Source of the DNA: Gammaproteobacteria bacterium
GTDB taxonomy: Bacteria; Pseudomonadota; Gammaproteobacteria; Eutrophobiales; Eutrophobiaceae
DNA: 64,000 bases
Assembly (NCBI GenBank): GCA_965215365.1
Contig: CBDCDS010000003.1
Span: forward strand, 384,001-448,000
Direction of reading: 5' to 3'
This document shows positions 47,273 to 58,096 of the stretch, one piece after another. The position numbers and the translations under genes are program-made. Position 1 is the stretch's first letter; every line of letters begins with the position of its first letter. Under the pieces are notes generated by a model. That model was not told where the DNA came from and made no database searches. It saw only the letters and a list, made by a program, of their open reading frames with translations.

Positions 47273-48949
47273 TCATCCCTTACCCATCTTCACCCAGCTA
47301 TCGCGTAGCGTAACGATGCGGTTAAACACCGGCTGCTCTGGCTGCCAGTCCTGCCGATCGGCACAGAAGTAGCCCAGTCGCTCAAACTGGAAGCGCTGTT
47401 CCGGCGCGGCTCGGGCCAAGTCGGGTTCGAGCAAGCAATCATCCAGTATCTCCAGGGAAGCCGGGTTAAGACAGGATTTCCAGTCCTGCTCGCCCTGGTC
47501 GGGATTGGCAACGGCAAACAGCCGGTCATACAGCCGCACCTGCGCCGGCTGCGCGTGCCGGGCCGACACCCAGTGCAGCGTGCCCTTGACTTTGCGGCCG
47601 TCGGGGGCGTTGCCGCCGCGCGTGGCCGGATCATAGCTGCAACGCAACTCCAGCACGGCGCCGCTAGCCGCATCCCTGATGACCTCGTTACAGGTGATGA
47701 AATAGGCATAGCGCAGCCGCACTTCCCGGCCTGGCGCCAGACGGAAGAACTTCTTCGGCGCATCCTCCATGAAATCATCCTGTTCAATATAGAGTACTTT
47801 GCCGAACGGTACCTGACGCGTGCCCAGGGCCGGGTCCTGCGGATGGTTGGCGGCGTCCAGCAGTTCTTCCTGGTCGTCCGGATAGTTTTCGATGACCACT
47901 TTCAGCGGGCGTAACACCGCCATGCGGCGCGGTGCGGTAACGCCCAGCTCCTCGCGGATGGCATGCTCTAACATACTGGCGTCTATCCAGGTGTCATTTT
48001 TGGTCAGGCCGATGCGCGCACAGAAGGTGCGCAAGGAATGCGGGGTAAACCCGCGCCGGCGCAGACCGGACAGGGTGGGCATACGCGGGTCGTCCCAGCC
48101 GCGTACGTGGCCGTCCTCCACCAGTTCGACCAGCTTGCGCTTGCTCAGCACCGTGTACTCTAGGTTAAGGCGGGCAAACTCATACTGGCGCGGGCGGGCC
48201 GGCGTATCCAGGTTGTCGATAAACCAGTCGTACAATGGCCGGTGATCCTCAAATTCCAGGCTGCACAGGGAGTGGGTCACATGTTCCAGCGCATCCGACA
48301 GGCAATGGGTAAAATCGTACATGGGGTAAATGCACCAGGCCGCGCCGGCGCGGTAGTGCGGGGTCTTGCGAATGCGGTAAATCACCGGGTCGCGCAGGTT
48401 CAGGTTGGGCGCGCGCATATCGATCTTTGCTCGCAGCGACAGTTCGCCGTCGGCAAACTCCCCGGCTTTCATCCGCCGGAACAGGTCCAGGTTTTCGGCT
48501 ACCGGCCGTTCCCGGTAGGGGCTGTCCAGGCCCGGTTCGGTCAAGGTGCCGCGGTACTCTCGCATCTGCTCGGCGCTCAGCGCGTCCACATAGGCCTTGC
48601 CCTGCTCGATCAGTGCAACGGCAAACTCAAATAAGCGGGTGAAATAGTCCGAGGCAAAAAACAGCCGGTCCTCCCAGTCGAACCCCAGCCAGCGCACATC
48701 TTCCTGTATCGCTTCGACGTATTTCAGGTCTTCTTTTTCCGGGTTGGTGTCGTCCAGGCGCAGGTTGCACTTGCCCTGATATTCTGTGGCCATACCGAAA
48801 TTCAGGCAGATGGCCTTGGCATGACCGATATGCAGGTAGCCGTTGGGTTCCGGGGGGAAACGCGTGTGGATGCCGGCGGGACAACGGCCTTGGGCGATGT
48901 CATCCTCGATGATCTTGCGGATAAAGTGTGTGGGAGTCGAATTATTCAT
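47273..48949 (-). CDS. glnS: Glutamine-tRNA ligase
   Basis: [30 protein letters not shown]. Confidence 0.97.
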   Translation of the reverse strand: MNNSTPTHFIRKIIEDDIAQGRCPAGIHTRFPPEPNGYLHIGHAKAICLNFGMATEYQGKCNLRLDDTNPEKEDLKYVEAIQEDVRWLGFDWEDRLFFASDYFTRLFEFAVALIEQGKAYVDALSAEQMREYRGTLTEPGLDSPYRERPVAENLDLFRRMKAGEFADGELSLRAKIDMRAPNLNLRDPVIYRIRKTPHYRAGAAWCIYPMYDFTHCLSDALEHVTHSLCSLEFEDHRPLYDWFIDNLDTPARPRQYEFARLNLEYTVLSKRKLVELVEDGHVRGWDDPRMPTLSGLRRRGFTPHSLRTFCARIGLTKNDTWIDASMLEHAIREELGVTAPRRMAVLRPLKVVIENYPDDQEELLDAANHPQDPALGTRQVPFGKVLYIEQDDFMEDAPKKFFRLAPGREVRLRYAYFITCNEVIRDAASGAVLELRCSYDPATRGGNAPDGRKVKGTLHWVSARHAQPAQVRLYDRLFAVANPDQGEQDWKSCLNPASLEILDDCLLEPDLARAAPEQRFQFERLGYFCADRQDWQPEQPVFNRIVTLRDSWVKMGKG

Positions 48950-48979
48950 TGTCCACTATGACGAACCTGAACATCAGTG

Positions 48980-51628
48980 TCATAAATCGGGCAAATCACC
49001 CGCCATGCCAGCGGCGCGGCGCATGGTCAGATTTTTCAGCACCGGCAAGGAGTTATACAATTTCATTCCGGCATTCCTCAACGCCGGGACGGGCACGATC
49101 TGGTTTTCAAACAGATATTTTAACCCTTCTAGGGTCATCATGACCATAACATTTTCACCCTTGCGCCAACGCTCGTACTTTCTCAGCGCCACCCTGCCGC
49201 CGGGGTCACGCCCGGCGCGCCTGGCCGCGCCGATGACCTGGCACAAGGCGGCCACATCCAGCAGCCCCAGGTTGGCGCCCATGCCGGCCAATGGGTGAAC
49301 GCAATGCGCGGCGTCGCCGACCAGGGCAACACGCTCGGCACAGTAGCGTTGTGCCTGCGCTCTTTGCAGCGGAAAACTCTGTCTGAGCTCGACCCCACAG
49401 ACCGCGCCCAGGGTATGCTCGAATGCCTCTGCCAACGCGCGCTGAAACGTCGCCGCGTGCATGCTCAGCAACGCTTGTGCATGGTCGGGTGCGGTGGACC
49501 AGACCACTCCACAACGGTTGCGGTCGGCCATAGGCAGGAAGGCCAACGGGCCGTTCGTCAGGAAGCGCTGGCGGGCAACCTGCGCGTGCTGCAACTCTGT
49601 CTGCACAATACCGGCCACGGCTGTTTGCCGATAGCGGCGCACAGGATACCCGATACCGGCAAGCTGCCGCACCTGCGAGCGGGCGCCATCGGCGGCCACC
49701 AGCAGTTTTGCTGACAGCTGGCGACCGTCACTCAGCGCCACGCGCACGGCATTGCCCACCTCACTGAGCCGAGTCGGTTCGGCGCCGGCATGTATCGAAA
49801 TACCAGGCTGTGTTGCCCGAACTGCCTCCAGCGCGGCCGCCAGTACACTCTGCACGACGATATACCCCAGAGTCGGCAGGCCGATAGCGGCGCTGTCAAA
49901 GCACAACGCGCCGGCACCGTTCGCATCCCACACCTGCATTTGCCGGAAGCGACCGAGATCCTGCTCTGCCAGTAACGGCCAGACCTGCACCGTGTTGAGA
50001 ATTTGCCTGGATGCCGGAGTCAGCGCCAGCGCCCGGGCATCTTGGGCCGGCACGTCTTGGGTGCGCGCGCCTTGTACCGGCGTTGCGGTTGCCGGCCGGG
50101 CGCTGCGTTCGACCAGGATACAGTCCATACCGTGCGCCGCCGCCAGTAACGCCATGACGCTGCCGATGACGCCACCGCCGACGATGAGAAGTTCCGTATC
50201 CGGGGGCCGAGATGATGAGAGCCGAGATGATGAGGAGCGGGATAGTGGTTCGCCTGATGGCACGGTGTGAGACAGCGCGGCGTTGCGGTTGCCGGTCGGA
50301 ACCTGCGGGCTCGGGCCCGCCGTTCCCCGCGCCAGCCGTTGCCCGGCGGTAATTGCGGCCGGTTTCCGGTCCGCAGCTTGCAGTCCTGTACCGCGCAACT
50401 CCACGCCCGGGAAGTGCAGGCCCGTGGCACGGCGTATGAACGCCTGCTTAAAGCCAGGCAAGGTGTCCAGCGCCAGCATTGCGCCGGCGCGTAACGCGGT
50501 CGGCAGCGGGCGTCCCGTAGCGGAGATTTTTTGCAGCGTGTCGGTAAAACGGACAATGCGGTGCTGGTCGACCTGCCGGCATGAGGCGTAGTTGTCCAGC
50601 AGCGCCGGCGCGCCCACATCGCCGCCATCCCGTAGCGTCTCCCGCACCAACCTGGCCAGCGTCGCCGTGTCCCGCAGTGCCAGATTCAGCCCCTGGGCAC
50701 CGTTGGGGTGGATGGTATGGGCTGCGTTACCCAGCAGTACGACCCGTGCCGCCACCTGTCGTTCGGGCTGCAACAAAAACAGCGGCCAGGACTGCCTGGA
50801 GCCCGCCTCGGAGAAGGCGCCCAGGCGCTTGCCGAAAGTCTGTTGCAGTAAGCGCAGATAGCCATCATCATCCAGTTGCAGGTGATGTGCGGCGGTGGCC
50901 GCCGGCGCCACCAGTACCGTGACACAACGCCGGCCGCCGGGTAACGGCAACAGGGCTATCAGCCCGCCGGGAATAACGCGCTCGTAGGCTGTGTTACGGT
51001 GTTCCCGTGCCACAGTGACGTTGGCGACGATAGCGGTCTGCCGGTAGTCATGCGTCCTGGTCTGAATCCCGACCGCCGCTCTGAGCTGGGAGCGGGCGCC
51101 GTCGGCGATTACCAGCAGCCGGCAGCTGAGCGCAATCTCGGCACCGGCCTGCCGCACCTGTACTGAAATGGAAGCAGGATTATGCTCCACTGCTTGCGCC
51201 GTCGCAGGACAGAGCAGGTCGATGTTGGCGCGCCCCCCTAGTTGCTCGAACAACACCCGCCCCAGTGCCGGCGCGGGAACCACGTACCCCAGTGCCTCCA
51301 GGTCGAGCATGGCGGCAGTCAGCCGCACACAACCGAGACGGCCGCGGGCACTGATGTGCACCTGTTCAACAGGACCTGCGAGTGGCTGCAGTTGCCGCCA
51401 TAATCCCAGCTCATCTAGTATTTTTCGCGAGGACTGTGCCAGGGCGATACCCCTGGCGTCATCACCGTGGGGCCGGGTGTCATGGGGCCCGGCATCATGG
51501 GGATGTACGCTACGCGCCGGCTGCGCCTCAACCAACGCAATATGCACATTCTCCCCGGCCAGGGCACAGGCAAGCCCGGCCCCCGCCAAACCGCCGCCAA
51601 TAATTACGATGTCGTAATTGTATGTCAC
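48980..51628 (-). CDS. Fused ubiquinone-pathway FAD hydroxylases UbiH + UbiI(VisC)-like
   Basis: Two GxGxxG motifs and two G(N/D)AAH..HP..G.G.NL motifs in one 882 aa ORF; downstream of pepP as in pepP-ubiH-ubiI. Confidence 0.85.
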   Translation of the reverse strand: MTYNYDIVIIGGGLAGAGLACALAGENVHIALVEAQPARSVHPHDAGPHDTRPHGDDARGIALAQSSRKILDELGLWRQLQPLAGPVEQVHISARGRLGCVRLTAAMLDLEALGYVVPAPALGRVLFEQLGGRANIDLLCPATAQAVEHNPASISVQVRQAGAEIALSCRLLVIADGARSQLRAAVGIQTRTHDYRQTAIVANVTVAREHRNTAYERVIPGGLIALLPLPGGRRCVTVLVAPAATAAHHLQLDDDGYLRLLQQTFGKRLGAFSEAGSRQSWPLFLLQPERQVAARVVLLGNAAHTIHPNGAQGLNLALRDTATLARLVRETLRDGGDVGAPALLDNYASCRQVDQHRIVRFTDTLQKISATGRPLPTALRAGAMLALDTLPGFKQAFIRRATGLHFPGVELRGTGLQAADRKPAAITAGQRLARGTAGPSPQVPTGNRNAALSHTVPSGEPLSRSSSSRLSSSRPPDTELLIVGGGVIGSVMALLAAAHGMDCILVERSARPATATPVQGARTQDVPAQDARALALTPASRQILNTVQVWPLLAEQDLGRFRQMQVWDANGAGALCFDSAAIGLPTLGYIVVQSVLAAALEAVRATQPGISIHAGAEPTRLSEVGNAVRVALSDGRQLSAKLLVAADGARSQVRQLAGIGYPVRRYRQTAVAGIVQTELQHAQVARQRFLTNGPLAFLPMADRNRCGVVWSTAPDHAQALLSMHAATFQRALAEAFEHTLGAVCGVELRQSFPLQRAQAQRYCAERVALVGDAAHCVHPLAGMGANLGLLDVAALCQVIGAARRAGRDPGGRVALRKYERWRKGENVMVMMTLEGLKYLFENQIVPVPALRNAGMKLYNSLPVLKNLTMRRAAGMAGDLPDL

Positions 51629-51658
51629 GGCATTTCATCGATATGCAGAGGCACAGAA

Positions 51659-52966
51659 TCAGTTGGTCGCCATCACCGCCTCGATCTCTGTGATGGTTTT
51701 CGGCGTGTCCTTGCTCAGCACCTCGTGGCCGGTTTTTGTCACCAGCACGTCATCCTCGATGCGCACGCCGATGTTCCACCAGGCCTCGGCCAGCTCCTCC
51801 TGCGGCTGGAGATACAACCCCGGTTCGATAGTCAGCGTCATACCCGGTTCCAGCAAACGCCATTCCTCGCCGATCTTGTAATCACCCACATCGTGCACAT
51901 CCATACCCAGCCAGTGCCCGGTCTTGTGCATGAAATAGGGCTTGTAGGCTTCCTGTTCCTGCAAGGCCTCCGGGGACCCCTTGAGAATCCCCAGGTCAAC
52001 CAGCCCGTCAGTGAGCACCGCCACCGCTGCCTTGTGCGGCTGGTCCCAGTGGTTTCCCGGCCGCACCGCATCAATGGCGGCCAGCTGCGCGGCCAGCACC
52101 AGCTCATACACGGCCTGCTGGCGGCTGCTGAAGCGGCCGTTGACGGGAAAGCTGCGGGTCACGTCGCTGGCGTAACAGTCGTACTCGGCACCGGCGTCAA
52201 TTAACAGGATGTCCCCATCCTGCATTTCCCTGGTGTTATCGCTGTAATGCAGCACACAACTGTTGGCACCGCTGCCAACGATGCAGGGATAGGCCGCGCT
52301 GTGGGCGCCCTGGCGCATGAACTCATGCAACAGTTCGGCTTCGATCTGGTACTCCATCAGGCCCGGTCGGCATACCTGCATGGCGCGTCTGTGGGCAGCA
52401 GCCGTTATTGCCGCCGCTTTACGCAGCTTGCCGAGTTCTGCGCGGCTCTTGTACAGACGCATATCGTGCAGGATGTGGTTCAGGGAAACATATTCCTCCG
52501 GCGCATGCACCCCGCTACGCGCCTTGCTGCGCACCTGGTTGACCCAGCCCAGCACGCGCTGGTCAAATGCGGCGTCATTACCCATGGTGTAATAGATGCG
52601 CTCCCGGTTCTCCAACAAACCGGGCAGGATGTCATCCATATCGGCAAAGGGATAGGCATCATCTGCGCCATAATCGTTACGCGCGCCCTCCAGCCCGGCG
52701 CGCGCGCCGTGCCAGATTTCTTTTTCCGGGTCACGCTCGCGACAGAACAGGATAAACTCCCCCTGTTCCCGACCGGGGATCAGCGCGATCATGGCTTCCG
52801 GCTCGGCAAAACCGGTCAGGTAATAAAAGTCGCTGTCGGGACGATAGCGGAAGGATATGTCCCGATTGCGAATTTTCTCCGGCGCGGCCGGCAGGATGGC
52901 AATGCTGTCGTCCCCCAGCATATCCATAAACTTCTTGCGGCGCTTGCCGTATTCGCTGTGTTTCAT
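51659..52966 (-). CDS. pepP: Xaa-Pro aminopeptidase
   Basis: DFYYLTGF.EP, DAGAE..YASDVTR, HWLGMDVHD, IEPGLY, GVRIEDD. Confidence 0.96.
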   Translation of the reverse strand: MKHSEYGKRRKKFMDMLGDDSIAILPAAPEKIRNRDISFRYRPDSDFYYLTGFAEPEAMIALIPGREQGEFILFCRERDPEKEIWHGARAGLEGARNDYGADDAYPFADMDDILPGLLENRERIYYTMGNDAAFDQRVLGWVNQVRSKARSGVHAPEEYVSLNHILHDMRLYKSRAELGKLRKAAAITAAAHRRAMQVCRPGLMEYQIEAELLHEFMRQGAHSAAYPCIVGSGANSCVLHYSDNTREMQDGDILLIDAGAEYDCYASDVTRSFPVNGRFSSRQQAVYELVLAAQLAAIDAVRPGNHWDQPHKAAVAVLTDGLVDLGILKGSPEALQEQEAYKPYFMHKTGHWLGMDVHDVGDYKIGEEWRLLEPGMTLTIEPGLYLQPQEELAEAWWNIGVRIEDDVLVTKTGHEVLSKDTPKTITEIEAVMATN

Positions 52967-53100
52967 ATATGGCAGTGCGGGTTAAAAGCGTTACCGTACC
53001 GTTATACATGGTTAAAAGCAATCACTCTTGACCGTGATACAACTGCGTTTTATATTGGTAGCATACTTCGTGGGGGAAAATTCATGACGGGGGCAAAACC

Positions 53101-53325
53101 ATGTCAGAGCAAAATCCGGACAACGTAGATCTGGCAGTGCTGGAGGCGCGGGTTGACGATCTGATCAAAACGGTTGACGCTTTGAAGGACGAGAATTCCG
53201 CATTACGCCACCAGCAAAAAAACCTGATCAGCGAACGCGCCGTGCTCATTGAAAAAACCGAGCAGGCAAGGTTTCGTATCGAGTCCATGATTGCGCGCCT
53301 GAAGGCGATGGAAACCCGCTCATGA
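53101..53325 (+). CDS. TIGR02449/ZapB-like coiled-coil protein
   Basis: LEARVDDLI...L..EN..LR...IESMIARLKAME; precedes zapA. Confidence 0.85.
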   Translation: MSEQNPDNVDLAVLEARVDDLIKTVDALKDENSALRHQQKNLISERAVLIEKTEQARFRIESMIARLKAMETRS

Positions 53326-53621
53326 CGCCAGCCAAACCGGTGCGGGTATCGATTCTCGACAAGGAATACCTGATATCGTGCACGGATGACGAGCGCGAGC
53401 AATTATATTCCGTAGTGGAATTTTTGAATGACAAGTTGCTTGAGGTGAAAAACAGCGGCAAGGTCATTGGCACCGAACGCGTTGTAGTCATGGCGGCGCT
53501 GAATATCGCCAACGAGTTACTTGCATACAAGCAAAAAAACAAGCACTATACTGAATCTGTGGATTCGATGGTAAAACGCCTGCAAGCAAAAATTGATGAT
53601 GTACTGGTTGAGGAGGATTGA
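53322..53621 (+). CDS. zapA: Cell division protein ZapA
   Basis: V.ILDKEY.I.C, ERVVVMAALNI. Confidence 0.95.
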   Translation: MTPAKPVRVSILDKEYLISCTDDEREQLYSVVEFLNDKLLEVKNSGKVIGTERVVVMAALNIANELLAYKQKNKHYTESVDSMVKRLQAKIDDVLVEED

Positions 53622-53681
53622 TTTATCGGGTGAATGTTACAGGCTGCCCTGCAAACTTTATCTGGCAGCTGTTTCGGTTTA

Positions 53682-53868
53682 GGGTATCTTCTGTCGTGTG
53701 CGCTCACGGGCCTGCAAAAACTTGAGCTTATTTCGTGTAGAAAGGGAACTGAACTGCGCCGTTGTGTGCAAGCCCACTTGAGGCGGGAAGCCTGATACGG
53801 TGCTCGCTGTTCCCACTTGAACCCCTGGTTCAAGTTTATTGCCTGTAACGGCACGACGGTTGATACCC
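53682..53868 (+). ncRNA. ssrS: 6S RNA
   Basis: About 187 nt after zapA (canonical synteny); ends pair (GGGTATC..TGTCGTG / CACGACG..GATACCC); CTTGAACC..GGTTCAAG hairpin. Confidence 0.88.
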
Positions 53869-53964
53869 GCTTAGTAACCTGAAAATGCCCTCCACGGCAC
53901 CTAAGCAGGGGCGCCTGCCTGAATACAGCGGGCTCATTGTCAAGGGCGGCGACGCCCCTGCACC

Positions 53965-55485
53965 TCAGCTCAGAAAAAGTCGATAGGCGGGGTTGTTGGT
54001 CTCCTCCGAATATTTGATACCCAGCCCGTCCAGGAATTGCTGGAATTCACCCGTCAGTTTTGGCGGCACCTGCAGGCCCATCAGCACGCGCCCGTAGGCG
54101 GCCCCGTGGTTGCGGTAATGAAACAGGCTGATATTCCAGCGACTGCTCAGTTGCGTAAGAAAATGCAGCAACGCCCCGGAGCGCTCGGGAAATTCAAACC
54201 GGTACAGCAGCTCATCACTGAGTGCCGGGGCATGGCCGCCCACCATATAGCGGATGTGCATTTTTGCCACTTCGTCGTTGCTCAGGTCGGTGACCTGGTA
54301 GCCCTTGTCGCGCAGGTTAGCCAGTAACTGGTGCTTCTCCCGGATACCATGGCGCAACTGTACGCCCACGAAAATACGCGCCACCTCGCGGTCGCAGTAA
54401 CGATAGTTGAATTCCGTGATCTGACGCGCACCTAGGTCATGGCACAAGGTACGAAAACTGCCGGGACGCTCGGCAATCGTAGTGCACAGCAAGGCCTCCC
54501 GTTGTTCACCCAGTGCCGCGAGTTCGGCAATGTAACGCAGGCGGTCAAAGTTGACATTGGCACCGCTGACGATGGCGACCAGCTCCCGGTCTTGTAGTTG
54601 TTGCCGTTGTACATATTGTTTCAATCCGGTCAGCGCCAGCGCTCCGGCCGGTTCCGGCATGGCGCGGGTATCCTCGTAAATGTCCTTCACCGCCGCGCAG
54701 ATTTCATCGACGTTGACTGTGAGCACCTCATCGACCAGTTCCCGGCAGATCCTGAATGTTTCCTCCCCGGCCTGACGCACTGCGGCGCCATCGGCGAAGA
54801 TATCGATATGCTCCAGTATCACCCTGGCCCCGGCTTGCAAGGCCCGATACATACTGGCCGCGCCGTCATGCTCGACGCCGATAATCCGGGTGTCGGGGCT
54901 GTGCGCTTGTACGTGCAGGGCAATCCCGGCAATCAGACCGCCGCCGCCAACCGGGACGAAGATGCAGTCCGGTTGCCGTTCACATTGCTGTAGCAGTTCC
55001 ACCCCTACGGTAGCCTGCCCGGCAATGACCAGCGGGTGGTCATAGGGCGGAATAAAGGTGCGGCCTTCGGTAACGGCGAGTTCTTCCGCGTGCTGGTATG
55101 CCTCATCGTAGGTATTGCCGTGCAGCGCGACCCTGGCGCCCAGCCGCCTTACCGCGTTGACCTTGATCTCCGGCGCGGTCTTGGGCATCACGATGGTGGT
55201 GCTGATATTCATCCTGGCGGCGGCCAGGGCAACACCCTGGGCGTGATTCCCGGCAGAAGCAGCGATGACACCGTTGCCTTTCTGCTCCTCATCCAGCGTG
55301 GCAATCAGGTTATAGGCGCCGCGCAACTTGTAGGAAAACACCGACTGCTGGTCTTCCCTTTTCAGCCACACCCGGTTACCCAACGCCTGCGACGCCTGTG
55401 TGGCATAATCCAGCGATGAGCGCCGGGCAACATCATAGACCCGCGCCGCCGCCGCCTGAATTAAGGGTTGGTATTCTGCAAACAT
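53965..55485 (-). CDS. ilvA: Threonine ammonia-lyase, biosynthetic
   Basis: LKRED.Q.VFSYKLRGAYN, ASAGNHAQG, C-terminal FHYRNHG regulatory domain. Confidence 0.97.
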   Translation of the reverse strand: MFAEYQPLIQAAAARVYDVARRSSLDYATQASQALGNRVWLKREDQQSVFSYKLRGAYNLIATLDEEQKGNGVIAASAGNHAQGVALAAARMNISTTIVMPKTAPEIKVNAVRRLGARVALHGNTYDEAYQHAEELAVTEGRTFIPPYDHPLVIAGQATVGVELLQQCERQPDCIFVPVGGGGLIAGIALHVQAHSPDTRIIGVEHDGAASMYRALQAGARVILEHIDIFADGAAVRQAGEETFRICRELVDEVLTVNVDEICAAVKDIYEDTRAMPEPAGALALTGLKQYVQRQQLQDRELVAIVSGANVNFDRLRYIAELAALGEQREALLCTTIAERPGSFRTLCHDLGARQITEFNYRYCDREVARIFVGVQLRHGIREKHQLLANLRDKGYQVTDLSNDEVAKMHIRYMVGGHAPALSDELLYRFEFPERSGALLHFLTQLSSRWNISLFHYRNHGAAYGRVLMGLQVPPKLTGEFQQFLDGLGIKYSEETNNPAYRLFLS

Positions 55486-55522
55486 GCGTAATAAGATAGC
55501 ACGTAACTACTCACCCCCTGGT

Positions 55523-55548
55523 CGTCATTCCCGCGCAGGTGGGAGTCC
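55523..55548 (+). repeat. CGTC-type REP palindrome
   Basis: CGTCATTCCCGCGCAGGTGGGAGTCC. Confidence 0.75.
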
Positions 55549-55629
55549 AGTGGAAAAAAGTCCCGCAGGGACACTTTACAGGGTGTCGCAAGCGACTGTA
55601 ATTCTCCGAGGAACTCACAGGTTACCTGA

Positions 55630-56286
55630 ATGAGCCAGGAAAAAAAGCGGCGCGCCGCCAAGGCCGCGCTCGATTACATTGAAGATGACATGATCGTGGG
55701 CGTCGGCACCGGCAGCACGGTGAACTGCTTCATCGACGAGCTGGCGCAAATCAAACATCGTATCGACGGCGCCGTGGCCAGCTCGGTCGCCACCGAAGTG
55801 CAGTTGCGGCAGCACGGTATTCCCCTCATCGACCTGAACGGCGTGCGCGAGCTGCCGCTGTATGTGGACGGCGCCGATGAAGCCACCCGTCACCTGCAAC
55901 TGCTCAAGGGCGGCGGCGGCGCCTTGACCCGGGAGAAGATCAGCGCGGCGGTGAGCGAGAAATTTGTCTGTATTGTGGACGATACCAAACTGGTGGATGT
56001 GCTCGGCGCCTTCCCGTTGCCGGTTGAGGTGATTCCCATGGCACGCAGCTACGTCGCCCGGGAAATCGTCAAGCTGGGCGGCCAGCCGGTATTAAGAGAC
56101 GGTCGCACCACGGACAATGGCAACCACATCCTGGATGTACACAATCTCACTATCGTCAACCCGACCGAACTGGAACAGCAACTCAACCAGATAACCGGCG
56201 TCGTCACCAACGGCCTGTTCGCCGCCCGCCGCGCCGACGTGTTGCTGGTCGCAAGCGACCGCCGGGTCTTCAATCTGGCCGTGTGA
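55630..56286 (+). CDS. rpiA: Ribose-5-phosphate isomerase A
   Basis: [23 protein letters not shown]. Confidence 0.97.
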   Translation: MSQEKKRRAAKAALDYIEDDMIVGVGTGSTVNCFIDELAQIKHRIDGAVASSVATEVQLRQHGIPLIDLNGVRELPLYVDGADEATRHLQLLKGGGGALTREKISAAVSEKFVCIVDDTKLVDVLGAFPLPVEVIPMARSYVAREIVKLGGQPVLRDGRTTDNGNHILDVHNLTIVNPTELEQQLNQITGVVTNGLFAARRADVLLVASDRRVFNLAV

Positions 56287-56315
56287 CGGGTCAAACCAGA
56301 ACCGGTCAGGCCAGA

Positions 56316-56381
56316 ATGAAAATCCTGTTACTCACAGCCGCAGGCGGCGCCTTGGGCGCGCCAGTCGTTACGGACCGATGA
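56316..56381 (+). pseudogene. Possible 5' remnant of a fluoride channel gene (crcB/fluC)
   Basis: MKILLLTAAGGALGA, then after a 1 bp shift SRYG, resembling the FluC GGAxGAxxRY motif; stop overlaps the next ATG. Confidence 0.5.
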
Positions 56382-57244
56382 AAACCATAAAACTGTACCT
56401 GTTACACGCTCTGGCTATTGCCGGTTGCAGCGCCCTGCCCCTGGCCGCAGCAGAGCTGGTCAGCATCGAAAATGTCACACTCGTTGACGCGCGCCAGAAC
56501 GATGGCGACAGTTTCAAGGTGAATGCCGACGGCCGTGAACTGCACCTGCGTTTGTACTATGTCGATTGCCCGGAGACGACGTACAACAGCAACTCTATGC
56601 TGGAGAGAATCCGCACCCAACAACGCCACTTCGGCCTTGCCGACCCCCACGATGTAGTGCGCTACGGCGAACTGGCTACTGCATACGTCAGGCAGGCGCT
56701 ATCACAGCCGTTCACGGTTCACACCAGTTACGCCCAGGCGCCGGGACGTTCCGCCGCGGTGCGTTACTACGCCTTCGTGGAGACTCACGACGGCCATGAT
56801 CTAGGACACCTGCTCATCGAACAGGGCCTGGCCAGGATACACGGCAAGACCCGCCCGCCCGCCGATGGCAGGCCCAGCCACAGCGTACTCGAAGAGCTCC
56901 AGGACTTACGCACCATCGCCCTGCTGAACCGCGCCGGAATCTGGCAATCGACCCAACCCGATATGCTCGCTGCAATGCGCAAACGCCAACGCGAGGAGGC
57001 CGAGGAACTGAAAACATTCCGCCAACAGGTGGCGCAGGTACGCAGCCGTACTGAGCAGCCCCTCAACTTAAACAGCGCCTCAAGGAAAGAACTCGAACAA
57101 ATCCCCGGCATCGGCCCGGTTAAGGCCATCAAGATCACCGATGGAAGGCCGTATAAGTCAGTGGATGATTTGCTGAAAATTCCCGGCATCGGGCCGAAGA
57201 CAGTGGAGGCTGTCGCGCCTTATGTTACGGTGGGCAGTGAATGA
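56378..57244 (+). CDS. Exported thermonuclease (SNase)-like protein with C-terminal ComEA-type helix-hairpin-helix domain
   Basis: Signal peptide; DGDSF..LRLYYVDCPE, RYYAFV, LIEQGLAR; LNLNSAS..EL.QIPGIGP and IPGIGP repeats. Confidence 0.85.
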   Translation: MKTIKLYLLHALAIAGCSALPLAAAELVSIENVTLVDARQNDGDSFKVNADGRELHLRLYYVDCPETTYNSNSMLERIRTQQRHFGLADPHDVVRYGELATAYVRQALSQPFTVHTSYAQAPGRSAAVRYYAFVETHDGHDLGHLLIEQGLARIHGKTRPPADGRPSHSVLEELQDLRTIALLNRAGIWQSTQPDMLAAMRKRQREEAEELKTFRQQVAQVRSRTEQPLNLNSASRKELEQIPGIGPVKAIKITDGRPYKSVDDLLKIPGIGPKTVEAVAPYVTVGSE

Positions 57245-57430
57245 GATATTGCTTCACTCACCGTGTCATTTTACCTCTCTGCAACGATATTCATCCGCAT
57301 AGTACTTCTTCGTGTATGTGTCCATAAAGTCCATGCAGGCAGAGGAATTATTGTAGTAACCAAAAAAAACCGTAGTCCTATCCCATTCCCCAAACATGTT
57401 CTGCTTCTCCAGCCATACGGCTTGACTGTA

Positions 57431-57459
57431 TTGACATTCCGCTCAGGCCGGTATACAAT
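57431..57459 (+). promoter_or_regulatory. sigma70 promoter
   Basis: TTGACA-17 bp-TACAAT. Confidence 0.75.
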
Positions 57460-57490
57460 AACTCAATTTGTAACCATCCGGAGATTAAAA

Positions 57491-58096
57491 ATGCTTAATT
57501 TGACTATTTGCCCCCCTCCCCATCACTATAAACGACTGACGGCTCTCGCCATCGTGCTTGCGGCACTGATGCTGTCTCCGCTGACTTCAGTAATGGCGCA
57601 GGATTTTTCTACAAATATTGACACCACCGCGGTTGCCAAGAACGAATCGCAGGCGATAGAGAAATGGGGCCAGCGCGTCTGTATCAGTGCTACTCTGAAC
57701 TCAGACGGGACTGGTGTCGCATCTATCGGGTTTGGTATAACAACTGATGATGATGATGATCCTAATACTCCTCCCGTACCTAGAACAGAAAATATTAACG
57801 CATGGTCCATCAAAAAAGACACCACAGGATACCCGGGCAATAGATACAAGGACTTCTCTGGGAATACTACCAACGTCTTCCGCGGTGTCACTGTTGCGGA
57901 TGGCGAGGACCATATTGGGAATGTGTACTGGATATCGAGTGCTTCGACCACAGGCTCAGGTACGTTCAAGGCGATGCAGCCAAAAGGTTATGGTCGAGGA
58001 GATCAACTATGGGTGGAGATTGACACCCCCGAAATCAAGGTCAACCAGTACAAGAGCCTGGCGACTGGAGCGATTGGAACTTGCGGCGGCTATTGA
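57491..58096 (+). CDS. Secreted hypothetical protein, low GC
   Basis: Signal peptide ending VMA-Q; two Cys in the mature part; own promoter. Confidence 0.7.
   Translation: MLNLTICPPPHHYKRLTALAIVLAALMLSPLTSVMAQDFSTNIDTTAVAKNESQAIEKWGQRVCISATLNSDGTGVASIGFGITTDDDDDPNTPPVPRTENINAWSIKKDTTGYPGNRYKDFSGNTTNVFRGVTVADGEDHIGNVYWISSASTTGSGTFKAMQPKGYGRGDQLWVEIDTPEIKVNQYKSLATGAIGTCGGY

Noticed and set aside
46178-55548. REP palindromes as a novel element
   Set aside because: They fit the known CGTC-tagged REP class; no associated transposase here
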